IMG/VR virus record: IMGVR_UViG_3300028844_006119
Coordinates: 64,001-128,000 of that record
DNA length: 64,000 nt
From: a virus
Direction: 5' to 3' (one strand)
In this document: one piece after another, positions 8,805 through 17,689 of the stretch
How the letters are laid out: every line of letters starts with the position of its first letter
Numbering within the stretch: position 1 is the stretch's first letter
The notes under the pieces: model-generated
What the model was told of the DNA's origin: nothing
The model's database searches: none
What the model saw: the letters and a program-made list of their open reading frames with translations, nothing else
Position numbers and translations under genes: made by a program

Positions 8805-9790
8805 TGTCGTTTTGCCTTACTGATAGTGATTGGCTTCTCGCAAAGAGTCCGCAGCTCTCCTTCCGTGAGGTCATCCGGTTGATGGATTCCCTCTGGAAGT
8901 GGAATTACGAATCTTCTTGATGTCGCCAACTGATTGCTGATTTTGATCGTTGCTCTTTGCCCGGCAACGTCATTATCCAGACAGAGAAGGATTCTCCGTC
9001 CGCTCTCCACCAGCTTTTTTTGCTGGAGTTCTGACATGTGGCTGCCCATTAGGGCGACCACGTTCTCTATTCCTGACTGCACGAACCAAAGAGCTGCTTT
9101 GAACCCCTCGACTACGTAGAGATCAGGAAGTTCTTCGCTCAGTGCTCGGTCTTCCCGCCACAGGTAGTTCGTCTTCGAAAAGGACGTCACCGTGAGGCCA
9201 TATTCTAGCAGTTCCCGGGTGTAGACCTTGTACTTACCGTATTCAGATTTCTCAGTCCTTCTGCCCACTATTCCCACCAGCTCTTCGAGCTGATTTCTGA
9301 CGGGGAAGGTCACCCGACGAAGTTTGCGATCGTATCCAATGTCATGGTCGAGCAGCAAATCTTCGTCGAACCCTTCTCTTAGTAGTGCCGTAGGGCAGAA
9401 GTCAAAGACCCCCAGAAGCTTCTCTGGGAGGACCTTTGTCTCGTCTTTCTCCTGGCTTTTAACTCGTCTCCGAGAGCCAGGGGCAGACTTCGGGAGGTTC
9501 TCTATCTTCCGGTCAATAGTTGACCGCTTCTCTCCCAGCTCCTTCAGGAATGTCCGGGCGTTCCCGCCCCCACATCCCGCAAAGCAGTACCACAGGCCTG
9601 ACTCCGAGTTCACGGAGAGACTGGGCTTTGATTTGCCTGGAGTCTCTCCGTGAATTGGACAAAAGCCCATGTAGTTGCTGTTGGCCCCAGGACGTAAGCC
9701 CTGCACGTACTCCTGATACAGCTCTAGGTAGTCAGCTTCTAAAGGGGCTGGGCCTCTTGGGGGCTTTCTTTGGGGCTTGTCCACCGCCAC
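8786..9790 (-). CDS. DnaG-like primase (CHC2 Zn finger plus TOPRIM)
   Basis: CPIH...WYCFAGC; YVVEG; CLDNDVAG. Confidence 0.9.
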   Translation of the reverse strand: MAVDKPQRKPPRGPAPLEADYLELYQEYVQGLRPGANSNYMGFCPIHGETPGKSKPSLSVNSESGLWYCFAGCGGGNARTFLKELGEKRSTIDRKIENLPKSAPGSRRRVKSQEKDETKVLPEKLLGVFDFCPTALLREGFDEDLLLDHDIGYDRKLRRVTFPVRNQLEELVGIVGRRTEKSEYGKYKVYTRELLEYGLTVTSFSKTNYLWREDRALSEELPDLYVVEGFKAALWFVQSGIENVVALMGSHMSELQQKKLVESGRRILLCLDNDVAGQRATIKISNQLATSRRFVIPLPEGIHQPDDLTEGELRTLCEKPITISKAKRQWQISL

Positions 9791-11129
9791 CTCCTGAGCT
9801 CTGCTGAGCCTCTTTGTGCTCCATCTGCTTCTTGGTTTCTAGGAATTGCTTGATGTTCACTGACTTTTCGAGGACCGAGAAGTCAGCCCCAGGGCACGCG
9901 TTGATCACAAAAGGCCTCACAACTGCCTCACGAACCTTACTAAACACGAGCATGATGGATGCACCGCGACCGGTAGGGTTCGGTCCTCGAAAGGCTCTGA
10001 TCGCCATATCCGCGTCCATTCCGAGAGCGTCAGAGAACGACAAGTCGTCCAAATCCCCACTCGGCTCCTTGGCGTTCGCCCTGTTGGCCTGGGTTGTCCC
10101 GATTACGGGGCACTCCAGGTACTGGGCCATCCCCTTCAGGTCCTGGGAGATGTGAGCGATCTGCTTCCAGTCTGCGGATTTAACCCCAGACCGGGCATCT
10201 CGCATCAAGTAGAGCCCATCCACGACGACCAAGTCGGGCTGAAACCGCTCAGCGGCGGCAATCAAGTCGTCTACTGTCGAAGACTTCCTCTTTCCCTTAT
10301 CGCTGACACAGAGGAGGGATCTCCGCTGTGCTCCCACGCTCCCGTCTTCTTCAATGTCCTCCAGGGCCTCCAGAAGGTCGAAGTAGTGCTCCTCGTCCTC
10401 TACCGACAGGTTGCCGGTAGTCAGCTTTGCGTAGTCAACTCCGCCCAGAACCGAAGTAATTCTCCGCAGGATGTCCTTAGAGGAGATCTCCTTGGAGAAG
10501 AACATGACCCTCCGGTTAGCCTGCCAAGCATGGGCAGCCATCACACAAGCAAGCCAGGTCTTCATGTTCCCCGGCCTGCCGTAGATGACAATGAACTGCT
10601 CATCCTGCATCCCTCCAGTGGGGCGGTTCAGGATGGCCCAGGGAAAGGGGATTCCTATTACACCGCCGGCCTTCTTCTTTGTCGTGTACTCCAGCCGGAT
10701 GATCTCTGAGGCGTCCAAGAGCGTGATTCCTCCATCCTCGGAGGCCTCGACATTCAGCTCCCGCAGCCTGGGCAGAAAGCTGTCCAGGATCAGAGATGGG
10801 TCGGAGTCGGACAGCAGCTCATCGCTGACGCTCTCCACAAGCTGATGAAGCTTTACTTGGGTATTTTGCCTCTTAATATCCCCAACCAACGCCCCTACGT
10901 GGTTTCGGGTAGGGCTGAAGTCGAAGTCGGGAAACTTCCTCTTCAGTCTTTCTGCGGTGGGAACCTCTCCTCGCTGCTGTGGGTTGTGAAACTCGTCCCA
11001 CAGCCAGGAGAAGACCTCAGACGCAGAGTCGAGGGAGAACATCTCTCGAGTCACTCCCTTCTTCTTAATGGTCGAGAAATCTCCGGTGTTAATGATGTTG
11101 GAGATCAGCTCTAGTTCTGGATGAGCCAT
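9732..11129 (-). CDS. DnaB-like SF4 replicative helicase
   Basis: Walker A GRPGNMKT, FSKE, VVVDGLYLM, TTQANR, DADMAI. Confidence 0.9.
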   Translation of the reverse strand: MAHPELELISNIINTGDFSTIKKKGVTREMFSLDSASEVFSWLWDEFHNPQQRGEVPTAERLKRKFPDFDFSPTRNHVGALVGDIKRQNTQVKLHQLVESVSDELLSDSDPSLILDSFLPRLRELNVEASEDGGITLLDASEIIRLEYTTKKKAGGVIGIPFPWAILNRPTGGMQDEQFIVIYGRPGNMKTWLACVMAAHAWQANRRVMFFSKEISSKDILRRITSVLGGVDYAKLTTGNLSVEDEEHYFDLLEALEDIEEDGSVGAQRRSLLCVSDKGKRKSSTVDDLIAAAERFQPDLVVVDGLYLMRDARSGVKSADWKQIAHISQDLKGMAQYLECPVIGTTQANRANAKEPSGDLDDLSFSDALGMDADMAIRAFRGPNPTGRGASIMLVFSKVREAVVRPFVINACPGADFSVLEKSVNIKQFLETKKQMEHKEAQQSSGGGGGQAPKKAPKRPSPFRS

Positions 11130-11401
11130 TACAGGGGATCCTCGTCTAAGCGGTTTAGGGACTCCTCCCGGTTTCGGTCGGATGGGGGGCGGAGACCGAG
11201 GTCTTGTAGGACGGATGCCTTAGCGGCAGTAACGAAGTCTTCCGCCAGGGACAGGACCTTCGGGTCGGTAACGACTGATTGCCCTCCGGCCACGGGGCCG
11301 GAGAACTCAGATGTCTCGAGGCATAGGATATAGGAAATCCTGACCTGGCCTTCCGAGGAGATAGTGACCTCCTGGATGTCCAGATCAAGCTCAATTTCCA
11401 T
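11129..11401 (-). CDS. Hypothetical protein
   Basis: Starts MEIELDLD after a GGAG RBS; coupled to the helicase. Confidence 0.6.
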   Translation of the reverse strand: MEIELDLDIQEVTISSEGQVRISYILCLETSEFSGPVAGGQSVVTDPKVLSLAEDFVTAAKASVLQDLGLRPPSDRNREESLNRLDEDPL

Positions 11402-11747
11402 TTCCTGTCTCCTTCTTGTACTTCTCGTACAGCCCCTTAGCTTCCAAGATGGCCTCCTGCACCATCTCCTGCGCCACCCCACTGGCGGCCTCGTAGGCAA
11501 AGCCAATAATGTCCTCGTCCTGGTCGCAGGACAGGGAGACCGATACATGAGCGTCAAACCCATTCCCGAAGTCTTTGTCCGACATACCATACGACACTGA
11601 GACCTTGGCCTTGGCGTCCCCGACCAAATCTGAAATTTCTTTTGCGCTCATGGCTAAATGCTCCGTGGTTAGTGCGTGATCGAACTTGAAGGACCTATGG
11701 CCGAGCCGGAGAGACCCCCGGATCTGGCCGACAGAGGCTACTTGCAC
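11391..11747 (-). CDS. Hypothetical protein
   Basis: ORF in operon context. Confidence 0.65.
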   Translation of the reverse strand: MQVASVGQIRGSLRLGHRSFKFDHALTTEHLAMSAKEISDLVGDAKAKVSVSYGMSDKDFGNGFDAHVSVSLSCDQDEDIIGFAYEAASGVAQEMVQEAILEAKGLYEKYKKETGNGN

Positions 11748-12166
11748 AGGTTCTTCGGGAGGGAGACCCTAGCGGTCCCAGTCTTCTTAGTCCCCAGACC
11801 TGCGTAGACGGCCCGAAGGTCACCCGGCAGTCTCTCCAGCTGTTTCCCGTCCACCGTGTACTTCAGGAAGCCCGCGGACAGGAGATCCTCCAGGTGGTCT
11901 CCGTCTTCTGCCTCCATGACGATATCGTCAACATCGAAGACAATTTTGCTCGGGCCGGGAGTCACTCGGAAGACGAGGCCGTCCCCGAAGGTATGCGAGC
12001 CCGCGCCCAAGGAGCGCAGTTCCCGCTTAGCAGCCTCTGCTGCCTTGGCCACATCTCCCAGCATCTCCCTGAGAGCTCCGGTAAGCTCAGGGGCTTGGTC
12101 TGCGAGGGCCGTCCAGGCTTCCCCAATGTTTTCGTGTAGTTCTGTGAGTTCTTCGATAGCGCTCAT
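11738..12166 (-). CDS. Hypothetical protein
   Basis: ORF in operon context, ATGA overlap. Confidence 0.7.
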   Translation of the reverse strand: MSAIEELTELHENIGEAWTALADQAPELTGALREMLGDVAKAAEAAKRELRSLGAGSHTFGDGLVFRVTPGPSKIVFDVDDIVMEAEDGDHLEDLLSAGFLKYTVDGKQLERLPGDLRAVYAGLGTKKTGTARVSLPKNLCK

Positions 12167-12879
12167 GTGTCACTTCCTCGGATAGTGTCGTAGTTTTTAA
12201 GCAGGGAGAGGCCGTATCGGAGGTCTCCCATTGTCTTGTATGTGTCCCCGGACTTCTTAGAGACCAGGGACTGGTCGCCTCGCCTCAGCAAGAAGCTGGG
12301 CGACAGGATCGCAAGCATGGGGTACCGGACGGTCCTGCCCGTTACGGGGGAGGGGATGCGGATGTCAAAGATGTCCCCCCTCTTGTCCATGATCGAAACC
12401 TTCTTCCCCAGCACTGCCGATGCTGCGATCTTTCCCGCAGCGATGATCAGTTTGGGGTCCACCGCGTAGATGGTCCGTTGCAGGCGCTCTCTGCAGTTCT
12501 TAATCTCCTCGACTGAGGGGCTTCTTTCGTGGGGCCGACAGAGTACGACGTTCGTGAAGAAGACCTTCTCCTCGACCACATCCCGTATCTGCCGGAAATA
12601 CTCCTCATTGTCCTCTAGAGAGCGCGCGGCCAGTGTCTCTTCTGTGTCCCCCCATACCATGTCCAGCATCTGTAGCAGGAGCTGCCCGGAGCGTCCCGCA
12701 AAGGGCACTCCGCTGGAGTCTTCGTCTGCGCCGGGAACTTCCCCGACGATCATGATATCCGCGCTGACACTACCCGAACCAAACACTACTTGAGTGCGGC
12801 TCTCACAGAGCAGTGGGCACTTCTCGCAGCCCTGATACTCATCGTAGAGCAGTCTTACTGCACGCCGTCCGTATGCCAT
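12163..12879 (-). CDS. Uracil-DNA glycosylase family 4-like protein (Fe-S)
   Basis: CEKCPLLC, VFGSG, GEVPG, PFAGRSG, TNVVLCRP; motif B reads SPS instead of HPS. Confidence 0.85.
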   Translation of the reverse strand: MAYGRRAVRLLYDEYQGCEKCPLLCESRTQVVFGSGSVSADIMIVGEVPGADEDSSGVPFAGRSGQLLLQMLDMVWGDTEETLAARSLEDNEEYFRQIRDVVEEKVFFTNVVLCRPHERSPSVEEIKNCRERLQRTIYAVDPKLIIAAGKIAASAVLGKKVSIMDKRGDIFDIRIPSPVTGRTVRYPMLAILSPSFLLRRGDQSLVSKKSGDTYKTMGDLRYGLSLLKNYDTIRGSDT

Positions 12880-12889
12880 ACGGGGCCTC

Positions 12890-14266
12890 CTATATTTGTT
12901 GTTTGGGTCTCCAGTCTCTTTTGACTCGATATCCGTTCCTTTTTGCTTCGTTGACGAGGGAGTAGATCATCCCTCTACAGAGGTCTACGTTGCTGTCCAG
13001 GAACAGGAAAACTGCAGGCGGCTTCTTACTGGGGTGCTCCCGAAGAATCCTCCCCACGCTCTGCTGAAACGTAATGGCAGAGTGCGCCCTTGCCGCAAAG
13101 GGGGTGACCAGCAGGAGCGTGTCGAGATCCTTACGGTTGTACGCCTCTTTGCCCACCCCTATAGTCGCGAACACCAGGTCCGAGCCATTCAGCTGATCCA
13201 GCCTATCGCCGGACTTTGTACCTCCGTGAATCAACGTGCTTCTGGGGTACCTCGCATGAAGCTCCTTCACATGTTCTACGCCGTGAGACAGGACGTAAGT
13301 AGTCCGGCCCTGATCCTTACAGTCCTTGAGGACCAGGTCTATTAGGGAGTTTCTGGCCCCGTTCTTGCCTAAAACGCCCCTCATCAGGCCCACGTTGATC
13401 TGGCCTGCTTTGTCGATCATCCCCCTATTCTCTTTGTCTGTGTACATGACCCCGGTGTCTACGAGGTAGACGGTGGGGACAAGATCCTGAGTGGTGTCGC
13501 TGAAGAACACGTTGCCCAGATGAGAGAAGAAGATCCCCTCGCATCTGTCCGTCCGGTTTGGGGTCGCACTCAGTCCAATGCGCTTCCCTATGCAGATATC
13601 GGCCGCGTTAGAGAAAAACTCTGCCGCCATGCAGTGACATTCGTCGTAGATGACTAGCCCAAATCGGCTCAGAAACTCAGCAGACGTTCTACCGTCCTGA
13701 ACTCTTCGGGCCAAGGTCTGTACCGTGGAGAGGCATATGTCTGCCTCGTACTCGAACTTTTTACCTTGAATCCATCCGATGCTCCCGGAGTGGTCGAAGA
13801 ACTGATTGAGCTCGTTGAGCCAGTTTTCCAGGTGGGCCTTCTGCGGAGATACAATCAGGGTCGGAACCTTTTCATGGCTGGCCTTCAGCCACCCTAGGAC
13901 GGTCTTGCCTTTACCGCAGGCCAGGTTCAGAATGCCTCCGTCCGACTTCTTTAGTGCTTCCCATGCCTCCGCCTGGTTGGGCCGCAGAGAAAATGAGGTC
14001 TTTGGGCTGAGGGAGATTGAAGGGAAAGAAGTAGGGCGAGCATCGATTACGGGGCATCCCATAGAGGAGAGCTGGCTGCTACTCAGTGCGCTTCGAGGAA
14101 CCTCATAGTGCGCGGGGTGTTCCTTGACCAGGACTCGGGGAGTCCCAGCAGAGTCCTCCCCAAACCGTAGAGTCCCTCGAAGCACCTTCCCTTGAATGTG
14201 ACTCTTCGGTAGGAACAGGGACCTCGCAATATAGGCGGAGCCCTCCTTCATCGGCAGTAGTTTCAT
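12890..14266 (-). CDS. SF2 DEAH helicase (UvsW/ResIII-like)
   Basis: LRPNQ, ACGKGKT, DECH, SATP, QQSVGRILR. Confidence 0.9.
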   Translation of the reverse strand: MKLLPMKEGSAYIARSLFLPKSHIQGKVLRGTLRFGEDSAGTPRVLVKEHPAHYEVPRSALSSSQLSSMGCPVIDARPTSFPSISLSPKTSFSLRPNQAEAWEALKKSDGGILNLACGKGKTVLGWLKASHEKVPTLIVSPQKAHLENWLNELNQFFDHSGSIGWIQGKKFEYEADICLSTVQTLARRVQDGRTSAEFLSRFGLVIYDECHCMAAEFFSNAADICIGKRIGLSATPNRTDRCEGIFFSHLGNVFFSDTTQDLVPTVYLVDTGVMYTDKENRGMIDKAGQINVGLMRGVLGKNGARNSLIDLVLKDCKDQGRTTYVLSHGVEHVKELHARYPRSTLIHGGTKSGDRLDQLNGSDLVFATIGVGKEAYNRKDLDTLLLVTPFAARAHSAITFQQSVGRILREHPSKKPPAVFLFLDSNVDLCRGMIYSLVNEAKRNGYRVKRDWRPKQQI

Positions 14267-14679
14267 TCCTTCTTTCCTCTCCCGAAGATGTTGCCCGTGT
14301 ACCTCTTGCGGGGGATATGAGATACTGCATCTGAGATCGTATCCACGAAGCCCTGCAGGGCATTAAGGCTACTGTTGTGTAGCGCAACTTCCCCGAAGGT
14401 ATCGCCCGGTTCCGGGTCTACCTCTGATAGGGAGTGGCTTCCGATTTTGGTCCTCTTGGTGGGTGTTTTTCCTCCTGTGGGTGAATTTCGTCTAGCTATC
14501 GGGGCGGAATTTTCCTCCCGCTTCTGCTTTCTGCGGATTACTAGCCCGCAGGTGGTGACCGAGGGACATGCTCGGCATGTTCGGTCATCCCGGTCGTAGT
14601 AATCTTCGTCTCCGTAGCACTCCGGCTTACTTGAGGTATTGGCCGTCGTGCTATATCTTTTGCTGAACTCGTCAGACAT
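14263..14679 (-). CDS. Hypothetical Cys-containing protein, first gene of the replication operon
   Basis: AGGAGG RBS; CYG...CRACP...C. Confidence 0.7.
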   Translation of the reverse strand: MSDEFSKRYSTTANTSSKPECYGDEDYYDRDDRTCRACPSVTTCGLVIRRKQKREENSAPIARRNSPTGGKTPTKRTKIGSHSLSEVDPEPGDTFGEVALHNSSLNALQGFVDTISDAVSHIPRKRYTGNIFGRGKKE

Positions 14680-14710
14680 GGGCTATGCCTCCTATTAAGT
14701 GCCAAATTTG

Positions 14711-14717
14711 TTATGAC
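14711..14717 (-). promoter_or_regulatory. GTCATAA candidate phage promoter
   Basis: Repeated motif, 32 nt upstream of the start at 14679. Confidence 0.6.
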
Positions 14718-14757
14718 GCGGTATGGTAAGATCTACATGCTCGTCCGGAGTTTCCAC

Positions 14758-15936
14758 ATGTCTGTAATCGACCACCATGACGACCTATGCGAGTCCTTCC
14801 TGGCCTCTGTAGACCCCAATCAGGTGTCTGAGATCATGAAGACCTCTTCCTGGAGGGAGTCCTCGGACCTCCTGGACCGGGACTTTGCGCTCATCCTGGT
14901 GGACGAGGTCGGCAAGGAGCACAGGAAGTTTGCCTGTTTCGACTCCGGCAATGCGCTGATGTCGGAGTGGTACCTTTTGCACGCTGAGCACGGCCTAGAC
15001 AGCGACTCCGTCAAGACCGCCGCCGCCAACATCGTAGACTCCCTGGAGCACTACGGACTGACCCCTGCACCCGCTTCCGTTTACCTGGCAGACCGTACTT
15101 CCGGGGCAGATTCTCGGAGGGTTAAGGTAGCTGGGGCTCCAATGTCTGACTCCCACAGCTCTATTCGCGCCGCAAAGGGTGGGGCGATTGGGGGAGCAGC
15201 TCTGGGAGCGATTTCTGGAGCTAAGGGAGGGGGGACTCCTCTTCAGATCGCCGGTCGGATGCTAGGCAGAGGCGCCGCAGTGGGCACCGCTGGCGCGCTG
15301 GGAGTGGGCGGTATGGACTACACAGCCAAGAACGCCTCGGCGTTTGACTACGTAGCAGACGCTGCCGCTTCGTGGGACGACCTCGATCCGTACGACAGAC
15401 ACGAAGTTGCTGTAAATCTGGTGAAGGTCGCCTCCGCAGGCGGAGCAACCGTTCCTGGCCACATTCGCGCCTACAGCGGCACTTCCTTGAGCCCGAACTT
15501 CAAGAAGATCGCAGAGGCCCGCAGGGACTTCACCTCCCAGCAAGACACCCAGGACGGGTACACGCGGTTGTCGAAGATGGCCGCGGCCATGGACCCTGAT
15601 GATGTCGTCGAGGCCATGTACCTCCTAGACGAGCAGGCCCAGATCAACCACCGCTACGGAAGTCGCATCCCCGACCCAGTTCTGTCCGTCTATGGCACCA
15701 CCAAGGAGGCAGAGTTCTCCTGGACCCACGGCGGCGACTATGTGAACGAGAGGATGCTAAAGAGGTACGCGGGCAGCGATTCCTCCCAGAAGATGGAAGA
15801 TGTCTTCACCGATGATCTCAAGGATCTCTTTCGGAGAGACCCCATCTCTGTGTTCAAGCGGATGCCCGACGAGCAGAAGATCCTCCTCGCTAGAATGGCC
15901 TCCCAGTCCCGAGATAACAATAACGGCGGATACTGA
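14758..15936 (+). CDS. Virion-associated protein with multiple K-x-A sites and an internal glycine-zipper cassette
   Basis: VKTAA, VKVAG, KNAS, VKVAS, KKIAE, SKMAA, TKEAE; GGAG RBS before the ATG at 14758. Confidence 0.7.
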   Translation: MSVIDHHDDLCESFLASVDPNQVSEIMKTSSWRESSDLLDRDFALILVDEVGKEHRKFACFDSGNALMSEWYLLHAEHGLDSDSVKTAAANIVDSLEHYGLTPAPASVYLADRTSGADSRRVKVAGAPMSDSHSSIRAAKGGAIGGAALGAISGAKGGGTPLQIAGRMLGRGAAVGTAGALGVGGMDYTAKNASAFDYVADAAASWDDLDPYDRHEVAVNLVKVASAGGATVPGHIRAYSGTSLSPNFKKIAEARRDFTSQQDTQDGYTRLSKMAAAMDPDDVVEAMYLLDEQAQINHRYGSRIPDPVLSVYGTTKEAEFSWTHGGDYVNERMLKRYAGSDSSQKMEDVFTDDLKDLFRRDPISVFKRMPDEQKILLARMASQSRDNNNGGY

Positions 15937-16727
15937 TGTCCTTGTTCAAGGACGAGCAGGCTCATCCATTGATCCTCCTCAGGAAGTACCTGGGGATGTT
16001 CGGCATTGACGCCCTGGAGTGGGAGCCGCCCGTGATCAAGAGCTCGGTAGAGGATGAGACGGGGACTTCAATCGCCCGGATCAACCTGCTGAAGCTCATG
16101 GCCGCCATCGCCGTGGCCAATCACGATTCGTTCTGGAAGGACTGGCAGACGTTCCACTTCCTTACCGCTGCCTTGAACAACAACATCCCATCCGCCGCAG
16201 TCCTGTCGGATCAGACCGTGGGACAGATGATGACCGCGGTAGACATCGCGAACACCATACGTAAAGACTTGGGGAAGGCCACGTCAGTGCCTTCCTTTGG
16301 GGAGAAAGTCGCTCGGTACATCGCAGCGCAGGCCCTCGAGTCTGGAATTTGGTACCTGCCGTCCCCTCTAGGCTTCGCAAACAAGTACTGTGCCGGGCTC
16401 ATGCAGCGGTGCGGGAGATGCAGTAATGAGGAGGAGCGTCAGGATGACGGGCTCTGTAGTTATTGTACGGAGAGGTACAGCATGGACTCCCTGCAGAAGA
16501 TGGAGCCAGATCCCGACCTGGCAGGGCAATGGGACGCATCTAAGGTGAAGCCTTTTACCCTGCACCCATACGAGGGAGTAAGTCAGCGCCTGACCGAAGC
16601 TCTCACCCATAAGGACGTGGTCCTGGGGGAGACTCAGGATGACATCTGCGCCGCTAAACTGCTGACCGGACTGGAGTACATGAGCTATAGAAGGGCTCAA
16701 CTCAGGTCTCAAGGGGCGACTCAGTGA
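15936..16727 (+). CDS. Hypothetical protein with a CxxC...CxxC insert
   Basis: ORF coupled to its neighbours; CGRC...CSYC. Confidence 0.7.
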   Translation: MSLFKDEQAHPLILLRKYLGMFGIDALEWEPPVIKSSVEDETGTSIARINLLKLMAAIAVANHDSFWKDWQTFHFLTAALNNNIPSAAVLSDQTVGQMMTAVDIANTIRKDLGKATSVPSFGEKVARYIAAQALESGIWYLPSPLGFANKYCAGLMQRCGRCSNEEERQDDGLCSYCTERYSMDSLQKMEPDPDLAGQWDASKVKPFTLHPYEGVSQRLTEALTHKDVVLGETQDDICAAKLLTGLEYMSYRRAQLRSQGATQ

Positions 16728-17689
16728 TTTCCAGCGGCTCCCTCTTTTTCTTCAGCGACGAAATACAAAAGTGTGCAGGCATGCCTGCGCCTCAGCAAGC
16801 GCAGCAACCTGAGAAGAAACAGAGCTTTCTCTCCAGGAACAAGATGACTTTGGGAGCCGGCGCTCTTGCCGCAGGGATGATCCTAAAGAACCCCCAGGCA
16901 GCCTCCAAGTACCTGGGCCAAGTGAAGCAGATGGTCACTAACCCTAAGGCAGCCCTTCAGCGTGGCTGGAGATCTGGCTCATCCAACATCACCGGCAAGG
17001 TCCCCGGGGCCTCCGAGTCGGCGTCCAAGAGAGTCAGACTGTACAAGGACGTCTTAAGCTCGGCCGAGCAAGGCAAGCTTCAGTCCGTCAAATCCCTCGA
17101 CACTATTGGCGCGGGGGGAACTTCTGCGAGAGCTTCGGGCTGGGGAAGCGCGGGTAGGTCGTTCAGTAGAGCAGGACAAGAGCTAAAGATGTCCCCCGAT
17201 CTCACTAAGAGAGTGGGAGACATGCAAGCCAAGCTCAAGGCCGGAGAAGAAGTCTCAGAGCAAGCCTTGAAGGGCCTTTATGCTGAGATTCAGGGTGCTG
17301 GAAAGGGCCTTAAGATGAGGAAGGGCCTGTCGTACTATGCCCCTGGAGAGCGTACGATGATGACAGGTCTGGGCACAGGTCTGGGGGCAACGGCGGGCCT
17401 TGAGACCCACGATGCGGAAACAGGACGCAAGAGGGGCGTGGCGGAGCGAGTTGCTCGCGGGACTGTCGGTGCTGCGACTGGCACCGCGATGTCCTCCCTA
17501 TTCATGGGACGAGGCGCAAGGCTCAGCAGCAAGAACTTATTCACAGGAAATAGAGGCTCTCTGCTCAGCCAAAAGGGACTTCTGCCAGTCGCGGCAACGA
17601 CTCCCCTACTGGTGGGTACTGAGGCCGCTGGGGAGGTCGCGGGGAAGGGCGGAGAGCTGGCCGACAGAGCCTTTGGACAGAAATCATGA
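16724..17689 (+). CDS. Leader-bearing (FFFSDEIQKCA) basic, Gly-rich putative internal virion protein
   Basis: Shared leader motif, followed by Lys/Arg-rich sequence with Gly-rich hydrophobic segments. Confidence 0.65.
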   Translation: MISSGSLFFFSDEIQKCAGMPAPQQAQQPEKKQSFLSRNKMTLGAGALAAGMILKNPQAASKYLGQVKQMVTNPKAALQRGWRSGSSNITGKVPGASESASKRVRLYKDVLSSAEQGKLQSVKSLDTIGAGGTSARASGWGSAGRSFSRAGQELKMSPDLTKRVGDMQAKLKAGEEVSEQALKGLYAEIQGAGKGLKMRKGLSYYAPGERTMMTGLGTGLGATAGLETHDAETGRKRGVAERVARGTVGAATGTAMSSLFMGRGARLSSKNLFTGNRGSLLSQKGLLPVAATTPLLVGTEAAGEVAGKGGELADRAFGQKS

